Origin: Methanobacteriota archaeon
GTDB lineage: Archaea > Thermoplasmatota > Poseidoniia > Poseidoniales > Poseidoniaceae
Length of the DNA: 64,000 bases
Assembly: GCA_002715725.1 (NCBI GenBank)
Contig: PAZU01000004.1
Span: 18,580-82,579, forward strand
Direction of reading: 5' to 3'
Of this stretch, positions 30,440 through 41,179 are shown one piece after another. The position numbers and the translations under genes were made by a program. The notes below the pieces were generated by a model, which saw only the letters and a list, made by a program, of their open reading frames with translations, had not been told where the DNA came from and ran no database searches. Positions within the stretch are counted from its first letter, which is position 1, and the number at the start of each line of letters is the position of its first letter.

Positions 30440-31534
30440 ATGGCAGAAGGTCTAGACTATGCTGGAAGCGGCGTAGATATTGATCTTGAAGGGAGTGCGG
30501 TTGGCGCCTTGGTTGGCGCACTGTCTCTCTCTGTAAGAAAGCCAGGAACACCGGGCGCTCCGGTCGATTTGCCAGGGGGTTTTGGCGGCCTTGTCGAATT
30601 CGGCGACAATTATCTTGCATTGGCTACTGATGGAGTTGGCTCAAAATTGTCAATCGCAACCAAATTAGGACAGTGGTCTGGTGTTGGAATTGATTGCATG
30701 GCGATGAATGTTAATGATTTATTGTGCGTGGGAGCAGAGCCAATTGCATTCGTTGATTACATTGCAGTCCCTAAACCGGACCCTGAGATTCACGCCGCTC
30801 TAGGAGCCAGCCTAGCCGAGGCCTGTAGAAGGGCTAGAGTTACACTAGCAGGTGGAGAAACTGCTAGTCTCCCCGGTATTGTTACTGAATTGGATCTATC
30901 CGGTACCGCACTAGGTTGGCTAGAGAAAGGTGCAGAAATTACTGGCGCTAATCTCAAAGAAGGTGACATTCTGATTGGCCTTCCATCTTCTGGTGTGCAT
31001 TCAAACGGATACTCCCTTGTCAGAAATGTTGTTTCGCATTGTAACGCAGATTGGAATGACTCTGCTCCTTTTTCTGTTAATGAAAACAGAATTGAGAGAT
31101 TTGCTGAAGGTGATGTGACTCTGGGTGAAGTCTTCCTTAACCCGACTAGAATATACTGCGATCCTGTTGTGGATTTGATCCAAGACGGGCCATGTGCTTC
31201 CAGTGCTATTCATGCAATATGTCATGTAACAGGGGGAGGGTTGTCAAATCTGCTTCGTTTACATGACTCCTTAGGATGGCACATTAGTAATCCACTACCC
31301 GTCCTACCAGAGTTTGATTGGATTCAAGAAAACGGCAATATCGATGATAGAGAAATGTATCGAACCTTCAACATGGGTTGTGGAATGATTCTAGCTGTAG
31401 ATTCTAGTGTCGCACATACGGTTTGTGATTGGCTCGCGGAAAGAATGGATGGATGTTCGATAATCGGTTCCGTAGTTGATAATGGACGTAAGGTGACTCA
31501 TTCGAATCCTGAAGTTGTCTTTGAACACTATTGA
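30440..31534 (+). CDS. purM: Phosphoribosylformylglycinamidine cyclo-ligase
   Basis: YAGSGVD, TDGVGSK, GGETA, SSGVHSNGYSL, HVTGGG, TFNMG. Confidence 0.96.
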   Translation: MAEGLDYAGSGVDIDLEGSAVGALVGALSLSVRKPGTPGAPVDLPGGFGGLVEFGDNYLALATDGVGSKLSIATKLGQWSGVGIDCMAMNVNDLLCVGAEPIAFVDYIAVPKPDPEIHAALGASLAEACRRARVTLAGGETASLPGIVTELDLSGTALGWLEKGAEITGANLKEGDILIGLPSSGVHSNGYSLVRNVVSHCNADWNDSAPFSVNENRIERFAEGDVTLGEVFLNPTRIYCDPVVDLIQDGPCASSAIHAICHVTGGGLSNLLRLHDSLGWHISNPLPVLPEFDWIQENGNIDDREMYRTFNMGCGMILAVDSSVAHTVCDWLAERMDGCSIIGSVVDNGRKVTHSNPEVVFEHY

Positions 31535-31543
31535 GGGACAAAT

Positions 31544-32830
31544 ATGCAACCAGAAGGCTGGCCCGGTCATATCTGGTTAGAGGGTAGAACTTCTGTCCAT
31601 TTGAAGAATCATCAAACTCGCCCTTCACACATGCCTCGGGGCCCAGCCGCAAAAACTGGGGAAGGTTTTCTCAATCCTGCAATGGCTCCCGCAAGAACTC
31701 GCTCAGTGATGCTTCTCGCAGATGCTTTGGAAAATGAATGGTTAGTTCCCGAAGGTAAAGACGTCAGGGTCTTAGATGCATTATGTGCTACTGGAGTAAG
31801 ACCGAGAAGATGGAGAAAAGAAGTCCCTGAACAAGCAAGGTTACGAATTACTGCTAACGACCTTGATTCTGATGCATTAGCATGGGGCATGAAATCTCAT
31901 GAGACCCACCCGATTAAAGACGGCGTAACATGGATTCCTGAGCCGAGTAGATTTGAGGCGAAGCCTGAAGAAACTGTTGAAGATGGAATTCAATGGATAA
32001 ATGGAGATGCGAAGAAAATGATGGTCGAAGCACCATTCCAATGGATTGATTTGGATCCTTTCGGCTCTCCTGTATCTTTCCTAGATTCAGCCGTCCAATC
32101 TATCTCAAGAATCGGAGTGCTTGAGGTGACAGCTACCGATACCGCCGCTCTTTGCGGTTCAGCAAAAACTAGTGCTGCAAGGCGATATGGTTCAATCGGA
32201 ATTACGGATGCATACATGCATGATGATGCTACTCGAATTTTACTAGGTGTAATCGCAAGGACTGCAGCCATGCACGACAAGGCGATGTATCCTATTCTCT
32301 CACTATTTGATGGACATCACGTGCGAGTTAGTGTTCTATTGAAACGTTCCAAGGAAGTTGCCTCTAACTGGAGTGAACAAATAGGATATCGAATCAGGTC
32401 TGAACCGTACCATTTCGCATCTCACCCATCGGGTGAATTCTCGGGACCAATGTGGACTGGCCCAATATTCGATGCTGATATCGCTGGAAGGATGACTGTT
32501 GAAAGAGCGATTGAATTGTGCGCAGGTCGAGAAGAAGATTACCCTGACGACTGGACAGAACTCGACATAGAACACTCTCAAAGAGAAATTGAAAGAAGCG
32601 TTAGACATATCTCTGAATCTGCAGATTTACTTTCTGGAGAGCACCTATTGGTAGCGATTGATGCATTAGGAATTGCCGCTGGAGTTGGACAGATTCCTTC
32701 GATGAAGAAACTAAAATCTGGACTAGAAGGTAGAGGATTTAGAATGGCAAGATGTCAGATGCCCGAACCAATGTTTGCTACTGATGCTGATTGGGAAACA
32801 ATCCTCGAAGTCACAAGATTAGCCGAATGA
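31544..32830 (+). CDS. trm1: tRNA (guanine-26 N2)-dimethyltransferase
   Basis: FLNPAM, LDALCATGVR, IDLDPFGSP, VTATDTA, GPMWTG. Confidence 0.9.
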   Translation: MQPEGWPGHIWLEGRTSVHLKNHQTRPSHMPRGPAAKTGEGFLNPAMAPARTRSVMLLADALENEWLVPEGKDVRVLDALCATGVRPRRWRKEVPEQARLRITANDLDSDALAWGMKSHETHPIKDGVTWIPEPSRFEAKPEETVEDGIQWINGDAKKMMVEAPFQWIDLDPFGSPVSFLDSAVQSISRIGVLEVTATDTAALCGSAKTSAARRYGSIGITDAYMHDDATRILLGVIARTAAMHDKAMYPILSLFDGHHVRVSVLLKRSKEVASNWSEQIGYRIRSEPYHFASHPSGEFSGPMWTGPIFDADIAGRMTVERAIELCAGREEDYPDDWTELDIEHSQREIERSVRHISESADLLSGEHLLVAIDALGIAAGVGQIPSMKKLKSGLEGRGFRMARCQMPEPMFATDADWETILEVTRLAE

Positions 32831-33562
32831 TGGGTCAATTTCATCATCCGGTGCTGGCAACATTGTTTGTGAATTCTCGAAAACTTCGCGCACGCTATCC
32901 TCGATTTTTCTTGCATCCTCAAGAAGTGATGATAATGGAATATCAATACCTGTCAAATCTGAAACTGCTTCCACAGCCAATGCTGCAGCTCTGGCATCTG
33001 GGTACATAGGATTACAATCTGCTAATATTGCGGTTACATCTAATCCAAGGCGGTCGCCTTCTGCAATCAAATATCCTGCAATTCCGGCAACAATACCTTG
33101 TCTAACCGGTTCGATTCCGGACTTCTTCAATTTGTCACGCCCGGCAGGAGATGAACTCACACCATACAGGGAGTCATCCCTGTCATCCATATTTTCTCTA
33201 GCGACTCCATCGATAATAATCAGTTGATCAAAACCGCCCTTGGTAAACCATTCTAGTACTGTGTTAGCGAATAACACATCGCGTTCAGGGCCGAATCTAA
33301 CTTCGGCCGTGAAAACTCCTACTCCGCCTCCTTGGTAAACCCTAACAGGATGCTTAGGGACTTCGTGATGGACTAAAGCCATAGCAGGGAATTCAGAATT
33401 CAAAACAGTCCCTAGTTGATTGAGTTTCAGTTGACTAATCACATGAGATGCAGCAATCACTCCAACCATTCCTACCGTAGAAAATCCACAAATTGCGACC
33501 CCACTAGTCGTAGGATCTGCATCCTTGTGCAGCACTAAGTCGTAAGTTGCTTGGCCCGCCAT
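32819..33562 (-). CDS. PAC2-family proteasome assembly chaperone
   Basis: GFSTVGMVG, PVRVY, YPDARAAA; GGAGG SD. Confidence 0.88.
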   Translation of the reverse strand: MAGQATYDLVLHKDADPTTSGVAICGFSTVGMVGVIAASHVISQLKLNQLGTVLNSEFPAMALVHHEVPKHPVRVYQGGGVGVFTAEVRFGPERDVLFANTVLEWFTKGGFDQLIIIDGVARENMDDRDDSLYGVSSSPAGRDKLKKSGIEPVRQGIVAGIAGYLIAEGDRLGLDVTAILADCNPMYPDARAAALAVEAVSDLTGIDIPLSSLLEDARKIEDSVREVFENSQTMLPAPDDEIDPSFG

Positions 33563-33602
33563 ATTTGCGCCTCCTATTGCCTCATTCAAAGGTATTACGA
33601 AA

Positions 33603-36600
33603 TCATTCTACGAATTCGGACCAGTCTTCATCGCCAGGATCTCTGAACCACCAAACTCCAATTTCATCCTCGTACCATTCTGTGCCATGCTCATCAACTG
33701 TAATTCCAGAGTCGTCCTCTGAGTCGTCCTCATAATGAGTTTCTGCATCTTCTTCCGGTTGCTCTTCTTCGTATTCCTCGTATTCATCTTCTTCATCGAA
33801 ATCGGAGATGATATCCGGCCTATCTGGGGAGTCGTCAACGATTGTCTTGTCTTCGAACTCATCTAATGCAACACCTACAGGAAGTGGTTTCGACACCCTT
33901 CCAGAATCTTCAACCTCGGGCTCGAAATCCAAGTCGTCTTCTTCCCAATCATCCATATCGCTATTCCTAATTCTCAAGACAATGAAAATCACTAATCCTA
34001 ATACTGCGACTCCGCCAAGACCTGCTACAATCATCATAGTGTTTCCAGATGATGAGTCGGTTGGAGTGTTTTTGGTTTGGTTTGTATTATTATCATCTGA
34101 TGGAGGTACGACCACTGGGTCTTCTCCCTTCAATGTCCATTGAACATCGAAAGTAAGAGGCTTGTCTCCGGGACTGGTATAATCGGTTGGTCCTTGTCTC
34201 AAATCGATTTGTATCAAACCGCTTAACAAACCGTTTTCAGATAAGTTTTGAAGTATTTCAACTCGAATTTCGATAGAATTTGCTTCAGAATCAGCCAATG
34301 TAAACTCGCTCTGTCCTGCAGTTGGTTCAAACAGAATGAAATCATCCCACTGTGACCAACCATCAGCTTCCAATGAAACATCGATTGTGTAGTTGTTCGG
34401 ATTCGAGATTACACAATCGAATTCTTGGTCGATGGATGGATCAATAACTATTTGTCCACAATCCAAAGTTACATCCAACATAGTTTCTGGAGTCCAAGGA
34501 GTAACGACTGTTTGATTATCTTCTGTGTCATTTTCTTCAGTTAAACTACCATACAAAACCAAGGGTATCTCTAATGAATTCGTACCCGCGTCTATCCATG
34601 TCGGACTTGTAAGATTGACAAACAATGTACCTGGTTCGGAGAATGTAACTATGAATTGCTTGAAGCCGTTACTAATTACCTCACTACCAGAATTCGATGT
34701 GCCGGTTGTATTATTGTAAGCAGTCCACGTAAATGATGCTCCTTCAAGCATCGGTTGTTGGTCTTGATAAAGAGCAACTAAATCCACCCTTACACTAGTT
34801 TCATTCTCCCAATCTAGTTCATACACAGATTCAGATGCGTCAAAGTTTGCACCAACAGTTACCGTAGTGGTTGCAGAAGTAGATGCTGCTGCAATAGGTC
34901 TGTTTTGTTCGTCACCAGCATCTCCACTGTAATTAGCCCAGAATGTCACTTCACCGCCAATGTCACCAGCAAAGGACACTAATTCTGAGAAGTCAGACAA
35001 GTTGATTGAATTCCAATCGTTCGCTATAAGATAGGAGCCTGTACTGGTTTCCATCGAGATTGTTATGGCTCCTGGAGGAGTTGTCGGGACGCCTTCAACT
35101 TCGGCTGTAACGCCCAAATTGAAAGGAGCTCCGAGTGAAGTCTCGGAACTAACATCAAGTTGAAGATTGACGGCTGAAGGGTCGTCGTTTCGAGGGTAAG
35201 CAGGCCCTACTGAAGTGACTGCAGTGGTTTTGTTTCCATATTGATCAACGGCGACAACTGATGCCCAATATTCTTCACCGTCAGTCAGATTAGAAATCAA
35301 TGTTGAATTAAGAGATGCTGAAACATTCATTATAGGATTCAGTCCAGAAATACTTGTGAATTCTGAAGTTTCGAGATATACTTCATAATTGGTAAATTCA
35401 TCTTGAGTATGATTCCAAGAGAACACCAATTCTCCTCCTTGGTCTGACTCCACATCTTCAAGTTTCAAGCCCGATATAGCGCTCGGAGGAGAAGGGTATG
35501 GGACTGTTACCTGTAATACATTGGATAGGTTTGAAGCAATTCCAAAGGTGTGAACTGAACGAACTAGATACCAATATGTAGACCCAACAGTAATGTTTGA
35601 ATCTGTACTTTGGTTATCTCTGGTTGAATTGTATACATTGATCAAGTCAACAGTTGCATTTGCAGATTCTAATCTAAAAATTTCAAACTCAACAAAATCT
35701 AATCCAAATTCAACCGGGTCATTCCAAGCGATTGAAATCAGTTCCGATGTCGCTGATTCCAAAGTCAAAGTAGGGGTAATCGGTAAGGACAAGTTTGGAG
35801 CGCCTGGGACATGGTTTGCTGCTATGTTAGTCAGCGATATGACTCCGGCTTTTGATGAGTTAACTGGTATACTTATGGTATAATTTCCAGTACCTGCAGT
35901 CATTCCTTGATTGAGAACATTTGTCAAATTGCCTGAAACATGAGGGTTAGGGTTCACATAAAAAGTACAATCATATCCAATATCCATATTGGTGAAATTA
36001 AAATCTCCGTCCCCGGTTGTTTTCATATTCATCGAATAATTTACCATAGAAATTCCAAAACCATCGACTGTTGTAGGTTGATTAGAAATCAAAACAGATA
36101 GGTCGTCCTTGATTCCATTCATATCGTCAATCATTGTTAATGGATCCAGTCCATTAGAAGAGTCACCTGCATAACCATTCCTACTCATCTCTATGTTGCT
36201 ATCTCCATCGGCATCTAACTCAATGCTATGCCAACCGCCGATGAACACTCCTCGAGAAGATTCCCCAGCCGCTACTACATGCTCAAGTACACCATCACCA
36301 TCCAGATCCATCGTAATTATCGATTTAGGAACAGACCAAGGTTCTAATTCGAGTGTCGATACTGCGCTTACATTAGTTGCGTTAATTGTTCTCAATGTAA
36401 TATTGCCTTCAATTGTAGAAGCAACGCCATCTGAGACTCCGGAATTTGGACTCATTAAATCTAAGTCTCCATCATTATCAAAATCAGCAATTGTTGAATT
36501 GAGTAAATCGATTTGCCCTTGGAATGAGGTTAGGTCCCATTTGCTTCCATCATTAATTCTGAATGCGTATCCTTGGTCGTTAAGTCCAACCATATCGATA

Positions 36601-37739
36601 TCGCCGTCACCATCTAAATCAGAAAGTATCTCACCCTGTCTAATATCATCGAACTTTGTTATTGGCCCCCCCCACATACCATTGAAATCTTGCCAAAGAG
36701 TCCAATGGCCTGTTTGGTCCATTATTAGAGCAGAAATATTCCCCGTGCCAAAGAAGTCGTCAACATATAGTGTTGACAAGCCCGCAGGCATACCTGCTGA
36801 GCCATTCATAGAAACAGACTGGTTGGAAACATAATTCAATCCAGTGGAGTTATTCCATGATTGATATGAGAGCATTCCTCCAGAATTTATCGATATTATT
36901 TCCGCCACTCCATCGGAATTTATGTCTCCTAATTCTGCGCTAATCAAGCCATTAGTAACTGATGAATTCTGTATCGGATCGTACGAAGAACCGTTAGCCA
37001 TGTGGACACATGCCATTCCAGAATTATGTGCAAATGCAACAATATCATCATCTCCATCTCCATTAATATCGCCAACAGAAATTGATGAGGCGTTATCACA
37101 AGTTTGAATTGGAGTTGAGGTGGTTATTCCACTACTTGGATTCCAATCTGCCCAAATTATTGATGTCGAAAAATTCGACTGAATGTTTGACAGGAATACC
37201 GGTTCCAGATTTCCATCGTTATCATGGTCTGACTCGATGACTTCCTGATATTCACCTATCGCATAAAATCCGCCTCCGGCTTGCGGAGAGAAACTAACGT
37301 TCAGATTAGAGGATTGAAGAACCGCTGAAGAAGGTAGCATTATCCCGGGTGCAGAAGATGTTCCTGAGTTAACACTAGAAACATACCAATCATTACCATC
37401 ATAGAATTGATTTTGATGACCGATATCTCCGTAACCTGGGCTTGCAAATTCCCATTCAAAGACTCCATCTTCATCAAAATCAATCCACACCTGCCCCGGA
37501 CTGGTATAACTTTCATCGACGCCAATCTCGAAACTAGCTGTTGTAAATGTCACATTTCTGGGAGCGTCTATCGATGCAGATGAGTTCGTAACGCCGCCTT
37601 GCAGTGCAACATCCACGGTTGCCAAGCCGCCGCTAAATGTATTGATAGTAGTAGATTCGCCAGACGCAGTGACAAGTCCAATTGGGATACATGAGCCAAC
37701 CAACAAAAGCATAACCAAAACAGGGGAATAGCGACGCAT
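33603..37739 (-). CDS. Large surface protein: FG-GAP/VCBS-like repeats, fibronectin type III domains, C-terminal TM and acidic tail
   Basis: Signal peptide, repeated GDxNGDGDxD, FN3 W...Y...Y motifs, TM + RIR. Confidence 0.82.
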   Translation of the reverse strand: MRRYSPVLVMLLLVGSCIPIGLVTASGESTTINTFSGGLATVDVALQGGVTNSSASIDAPRNVTFTTASFEIGVDESYTSPGQVWIDFDEDGVFEWEFASPGYGDIGHQNQFYDGNDWYVSSVNSGTSSAPGIMLPSSAVLQSSNLNVSFSPQAGGGFYAIGEYQEVIESDHDNDGNLEPVFLSNIQSNFSTSIIWADWNPSSGITTSTPIQTCDNASSISVGDINGDGDDDIVAFAHNSGMACVHMANGSSYDPIQNSSVTNGLISAELGDINSDGVAEIISINSGGMLSYQSWNNSTGLNYVSNQSVSMNGSAGMPAGLSTLYVDDFFGTGNISALIMDQTGHWTLWQDFNGMWGGPITKFDDIRQGEILSDLDGDGDIDMVGLNDQGYAFRINDGSKWDLTSFQGQIDLLNSTIADFDNDGDLDLMSPNSGVSDGVASTIEGNITLRTINATNVSAVSTLELEPWSVPKSIITMDLDGDGVLEHVVAAGESSRGVFIGGWHSIELDADGDSNIEMSRNGYAGDSSNGLDPLTMIDDMNGIKDDLSVLISNQPTTVDGFGISMVNYSMNMKTTGDGDFNFTNMDIGYDCTFYVNPNPHVSGNLTNVLNQGMTAGTGNYTISIPVNSSKAGVISLTNIAANHVPGAPNLSLPITPTLTLESATSELISIAWNDPVEFGLDFVEFEIFRLESANATVDLINVYNSTRDNQSTDSNITVGSTYWYLVRSVHTFGIASNLSNVLQVTVPYPSPPSAISGLKLEDVESDQGGELVFSWNHTQDEFTNYEVYLETSEFTSISGLNPIMNVSASLNSTLISNLTDGEEYWASVVAVDQYGNKTTAVTSVGPAYPRNDDPSAVNLQLDVSSETSLGAPFNLGVTAEVEGVPTTPPGAITISMETSTGSYLIANDWNSINLSDFSELVSFAGDIGGEVTFWANYSGDAGDEQNRPIAAASTSATTTVTVGANFDASESVYELDWENETSVRVDLVALYQDQQPMLEGASFTWTAYNNTTGTSNSGSEVISNGFKQFIVTFSEPGTLFVNLTSPTWIDAGTNSLEIPLVLYGSLTEENDTEDNQTVVTPWTPETMLDVTLDCGQIVIDPSIDQEFDCVISNPNNYTIDVSLEADGWSQWDDFILFEPTAGQSEFTLADSEANSIEIRVEILQNLSENGLLSGLIQIDLRQGPTDYTSPGDKPLTFDVQWTLKGEDPVVVPPSDDNNTNQTKNTPTDSSSGNTMMIVAGLGGVAVLGLVIFIVLRIRNSDMDDWEEDDLDFEPEVEDSGRVSKPLPVGVALDEFEDKTIVDDSPDRPDIISDFDEEDEYEEYEEEQPEEDAETHYEDDSEDDSGITVDEHGTEWYEDEIGVWWFRDPGDEDWSEFVE

Positions 37740-38001
37740 AATACCACCCGGGGGGTTTGAATGAACCTGTCGCCCCTTCAAGTGTCTTATCCTAAATTGC
37801 GGATTTTCAATAGCGATTTCCGTGAAAGAGTTTGATTTCCGTCGTGTTATTTATTTGAGTGGTTTAAATATCACTGATTATTGGCCTAAACAGGCCTTTA
37901 ATACAAACATTCACTTGGCTATAGTTGCATTCAAATCGCAAAAACGAACTAATGTAATAGTTATCAATGAATGCAAAGTCGCCGAAAATGGAGGGTCAAA
38001 A

Positions 38002-38502
38002 ATGGATGATGAAGCAAGAGTATTGATTAGAGCCGGAAATGTTGAAATCGATCTTTCAGGAGCACAAACAAGCGTTGACGAACGCCTGACTAAAGTAAGA
38101 GAAGATGACACTTGGTCAATCGCTCTTTCCAGAATCCGTAATGCTCGAGAGCGTGCTATTGAAGCAGCCGTAGAAGCTGCGAGAGAAGCCGGCCTTCCAG
38201 AGCGAGGCTCCGCATTCCGTGCGCTGATAGAAAACTGTAGCCTGATTCGTAAACCGGACCAAGTACTCGGCGCAATTCAATATCTGCGAGATGTAGAAGG
38301 TGTGAATGACAGTCCCCCTAGAGTCATAGACCAATTATTCGAAGATGCGGGATTAGAACCTCCTGGTAACCTCTCACTGTATCTAAACAGATTACGCGAA
38401 CGAGGTTTCTTGGTGACTCCGCCCTCTGCTAAAGAGAAGAATCGTTATGCAATTCTGACTCCTGAAGGAAGAGCGCATTTGGATAAGCGCAGCCGATATT
38501 GA
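38002..38502 (+). CDS. Hypothetical protein with probable C-terminal winged helix
   Basis: GGAGGG SD; NLSLYLNRLRERGFL...YAILTPEG. Confidence 0.65.
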   Translation: MDDEARVLIRAGNVEIDLSGAQTSVDERLTKVREDDTWSIALSRIRNARERAIEAAVEAAREAGLPERGSAFRALIENCSLIRKPDQVLGAIQYLRDVEGVNDSPPRVIDQLFEDAGLEPPGNLSLYLNRLRERGFLVTPPSAKEKNRYAILTPEGRAHLDKRSRY

Positions 38503-38511
38503 GGTGCTAAT

Positions 38512-38934
38512 ATGGTAATGTCGGGCAGTAGTACCGACAACGAAGAGTTACCTCTGGATTGGTCATTTCAAAACCACGCTGGTGAATTACTAAGAAGAGG
38601 AAATCACCCTCGCTCGAACTTTAGACGATCTATTCTTGATAATGCTGATTTAACCGAGGGTAATTTCGTTGATTCAAATTTTAAACGCGCTTCAATGGTT
38701 GAAGCCGATCTGATGAAATCTGCATTTGATAATTGCGATTTCAGCGGAGCAGATTTACGCAAGGCCCGTCTGAACCTTTCCAATTTCAGAAATTGTTCCT
38801 TCGAAGGAGCAGACATTAGAGGAATTCGAGGCCGTTATGCTATTTGGCAGGGAACCGATTGGTGGAACGCTAAATTAGATGATGACCTTGCTAAAGTTTT
38901 AGCAAAAAAATGGCCCAAGCCCGAGGATGCTTGA
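38512..38934 (+). CDS. Pentapeptide repeat protein
   Basis: A(D/N)(L/F)xx repeats: ADLTE, SNFKR, ADLMK, ADLRK. Confidence 0.9.
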   Translation: MVMSGSSTDNEELPLDWSFQNHAGELLRRGNHPRSNFRRSILDNADLTEGNFVDSNFKRASMVEADLMKSAFDNCDFSGADLRKARLNLSNFRNCSFEGADIRGIRGRYAIWQGTDWWNAKLDDDLAKVLAKKWPKPEDA

Positions 38935-38959
38935 AGAAGTATAGCCTCCACGGAAGTTC

Positions 38960-39373
38960 ATGGCTGTTCGTCTATCTCGACGTGTGGACTTTCCAATGCT
39001 TGACATGGCGGGCATTGCCTTCTATCCGAGGATTTACGATTTAGCTCATCGATTCTTTGAAGAATCGTGGGAAGTGATGTGTGGATTTGACTATCCCCAT
39101 ATACTTCAAGAAATGAAGATTGGATTTCCAGTCGTTGACATAAAATCAGAATTTCATTCTCCATTTAGATATGGAGATACGGTTAACGCGACGATTTGGA
39201 TTTCGAAGGTTGGAGTGAAATCCTGCACTTGGCAATACAGATTCCATAATCAAAATGATGAGTTGTTGTGGTCTAGTGAACAGGTTACTGTTTGTGTCAG
39301 TATGACAAATATGGAATCATTACCAATTCCCGCTGAATTGCGCACTGGTTTGGAGGCATGTACAAATGAATGA
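38960..39373 (+). CDS. Acyl-CoA thioesterase (4HBT/YbgC hot-dog family)
   Basis: DMAGIAFYP, EFHSPFRYGD. Confidence 0.88.
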   Translation: MAVRLSRRVDFPMLDMAGIAFYPRIYDLAHRFFEESWEVMCGFDYPHILQEMKIGFPVVDIKSEFHSPFRYGDTVNATIWISKVGVKSCTWQYRFHNQNDELLWSSEQVTVCVSMTNMESLPIPAELRTGLEACTNE

Positions 39374-39986
39374 TGATGTTTCAATTCGAATGAATAACGA
39401 AGATAGTCTGGCGCCGCCTGCCTCTCTATTCGCTCCAAGGCCAGATAAAAAGGGCCCAAAGACCATCTCAATTTTGTTGATAATGGGCTCAATATTGATG
39501 CTCCTAGTAGGGTGGGGGGATTTCCAAAATTCAATGGCTGAGGATTTTCCTGATGCCGACTTAGATGCAATTTTAGGAAATTATCAGAATCAGGACATCA
39601 ATATCACAGAAGAAGAATATCAAGAATATCATGACGATGTTCGAGATGATGGTGCTTACTCTGTTCGCGGATACTCTTTGATGATTGGCGGCGCGTTGGT
39701 ATTATCAGGAGGGTTCCTTCTGTTCAGATTGGATATGCTTGGAGTGAAGCTATCTCTCGCAGGCTCAATAATTGGACTTCTTGGCGGGTTTGGCGGTACT
39801 TGGATGATGGTGCAAGTTTCTGAGAAAATGCTTCCTGAAGAGGTTACAACAATTACTGAACTAATGTCTTACTTATGTGGTGTTTGCATGTTAATGTGTG
39901 TCGCTCTCGCAGCTCTACCTTTACTCAATGCTTCTGCTAGGGCTGCGTTGAATCAAAACGTTACTCTTGTGAATGAAGAAGAGTGA
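39366..39986 (+). CDS. Hypothetical membrane protein (about 4 TM)
   Basis: Hydrophobic segments; overlaps the thioesterase stop. Confidence 0.75.
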   Translation: MNDDVSIRMNNEDSLAPPASLFAPRPDKKGPKTISILLIMGSILMLLVGWGDFQNSMAEDFPDADLDAILGNYQNQDINITEEEYQEYHDDVRDDGAYSVRGYSLMIGGALVLSGGFLLFRLDMLGVKLSLAGSIIGLLGGFGGTWMMVQVSEKMLPEEVTTITELMSYLCGVCMLMCVALAALPLLNASARAALNQNVTLVNEEE

Positions 39987-40063
39987 TGGCGGCCCCACCG
40001 CGATTCGAACACGGGTTCGTGGCTCCGCAAGCCACTGTGATATCCAGGCTACACTATGGGGCC
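39987..40063 (-). tRNA. tRNA-Arg(GCG), CCA encoded
   Basis: GGCCCCA/TGGGGCC acceptor stem, GTGGC-TTGCGGA-GCCAC anticodon arm, TTCGAAT T-loop. Confidence 0.95.
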
Positions 40064-40109
40064 TTGTAACTCGGCGACCTACCTTCTCCATTTAAGCGCG
40101 ACGGGCGCA

Positions 40110-40772
40110 TCAAACACGCCACTCGAATTGAAGCCAATTGCGTTCTTTAGCAATCGTCTTGAGCCCGCCCTCTGCATTTACTGCAACAGGATTGCCAGTA
40201 ATTGCCATAAAAAACGAATCGGCATGAGTATTTCCATAACCCCAGCAATCTGAAAGGTCGTGACCTAAACTTTCAGCATCCGCTTGTACAACTGGGACTT
40301 TTCCTTTGCGTCTAGGAACACTCCATCCCCTCTCAGAACCACTCATAATTCCCGTCATTTGTTCTGGGCCACAGCCATATACTGCATCCATTCCAAGGTG
40401 ATCAGACATCGCTTGTGCCATAGGCATTACAGTCGCCGTGACAAGTACCAAGCGATGCCCTAATTCCCGGTGCCATTCCAATCTTTGAAGTGCTTCAGCA
40501 CTAACCTTTTTCGAAAGCTTGGTCTCTACTAACTCAGCAGAATATCTCCGCAATGTTTCCCAATTGCACAATGCCAGATGGCCTCGATTCCTAGCTGCGT
40601 CATATACAGATCTTCCTCGCAATAAGTTACCAATGAACCCAAGACTCCACATGGTTGCGCCTAAAGGAATCCTCCATGGGCGCCTGCGAGATAGCATTGC
40701 AGTCAGGCTCTTTTCGCTGGAAGCATCCAATAATGTGCCGTCCAGATCAAAGTAGGCCGTAACACCACTCAT
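40110..40772 (-). CDS. HAD-IB family hydrolase (SerB-like)
   Basis: FDLDGTL, LVTAT, GK, YGNTHAD. Confidence 0.88.
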   Translation of the reverse strand: MSGVTAYFDLDGTLLDASSEKSLTAMLSRRRPWRIPLGATMWSLGFIGNLLRGRSVYDAARNRGHLALCNWETLRRYSAELVETKLSKKVSAEALQRLEWHRELGHRLVLVTATVMPMAQAMSDHLGMDAVYGCGPEQMTGIMSGSERGWSVPRRKGKVPVVQADAESLGHDLSDCWGYGNTHADSFFMAITGNPVAVNAEGGLKTIAKERNWLQFEWRV

Positions 40773-40810
40773 GGTTACATGGCGGAGACGGTTACCCTTC
40801 ACATTGTCGC

Positions 40811-41080
40811 TTAATCACTATCCTCTGGACCATATACTCGACGTCCCGCCACATGGTCCTGCCACCAGGTGAGTTGTGATTTCAAGTATCTAGGAATGAA
40901 AAAGCCTACTTTCCTCGGTGTAAGACCGTGATTTTTCAATTTTTTATCGTGGGTTAAGTGAGCAACAATTGTTTGTGCACTACAACCGGGATTTGCAAAA
41001 ACAAACCGCTTGATTTCATCTTTAAGTCGCTGCAGTCGTGCCTTTTTTTGAGTGCCTTTACCAATTGTCGGTGGTGACAT
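40811..41080 (-). CDS. Small basic hypothetical protein, possibly HTH-like
   Basis: K/R-rich ORF with TTGATA at -30. Confidence 0.7.
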   Translation of the reverse strand: MSPPTIGKGTQKKARLQRLKDEIKRFVFANPGCSAQTIVAHLTHDKKLKNHGLTPRKVGFFIPRYLKSQLTWWQDHVAGRRVYGPEDSD

Positions 41081-41179
41081 AAGTGCGAAATCACAGTCAA
41101 CCCATATCAAAGACTAGGTTGAAAACCCATGAGTCCCGGCCAATGCGAGAGATTTTGAATCACCGACCTCTCGCAGGTA

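Noticed and set aside
37822-38001. 60-aa N-terminal extension of the wHTH-like ORF
   Set aside because: AT-rich intergenic-looking sequence; good SD precedes ATG 38002
39987-40063. tRNA-anchored genomic island or provirus
   Set aside because: No integrase and no duplicated tRNA 3' end seen; flanks are housekeeping-like
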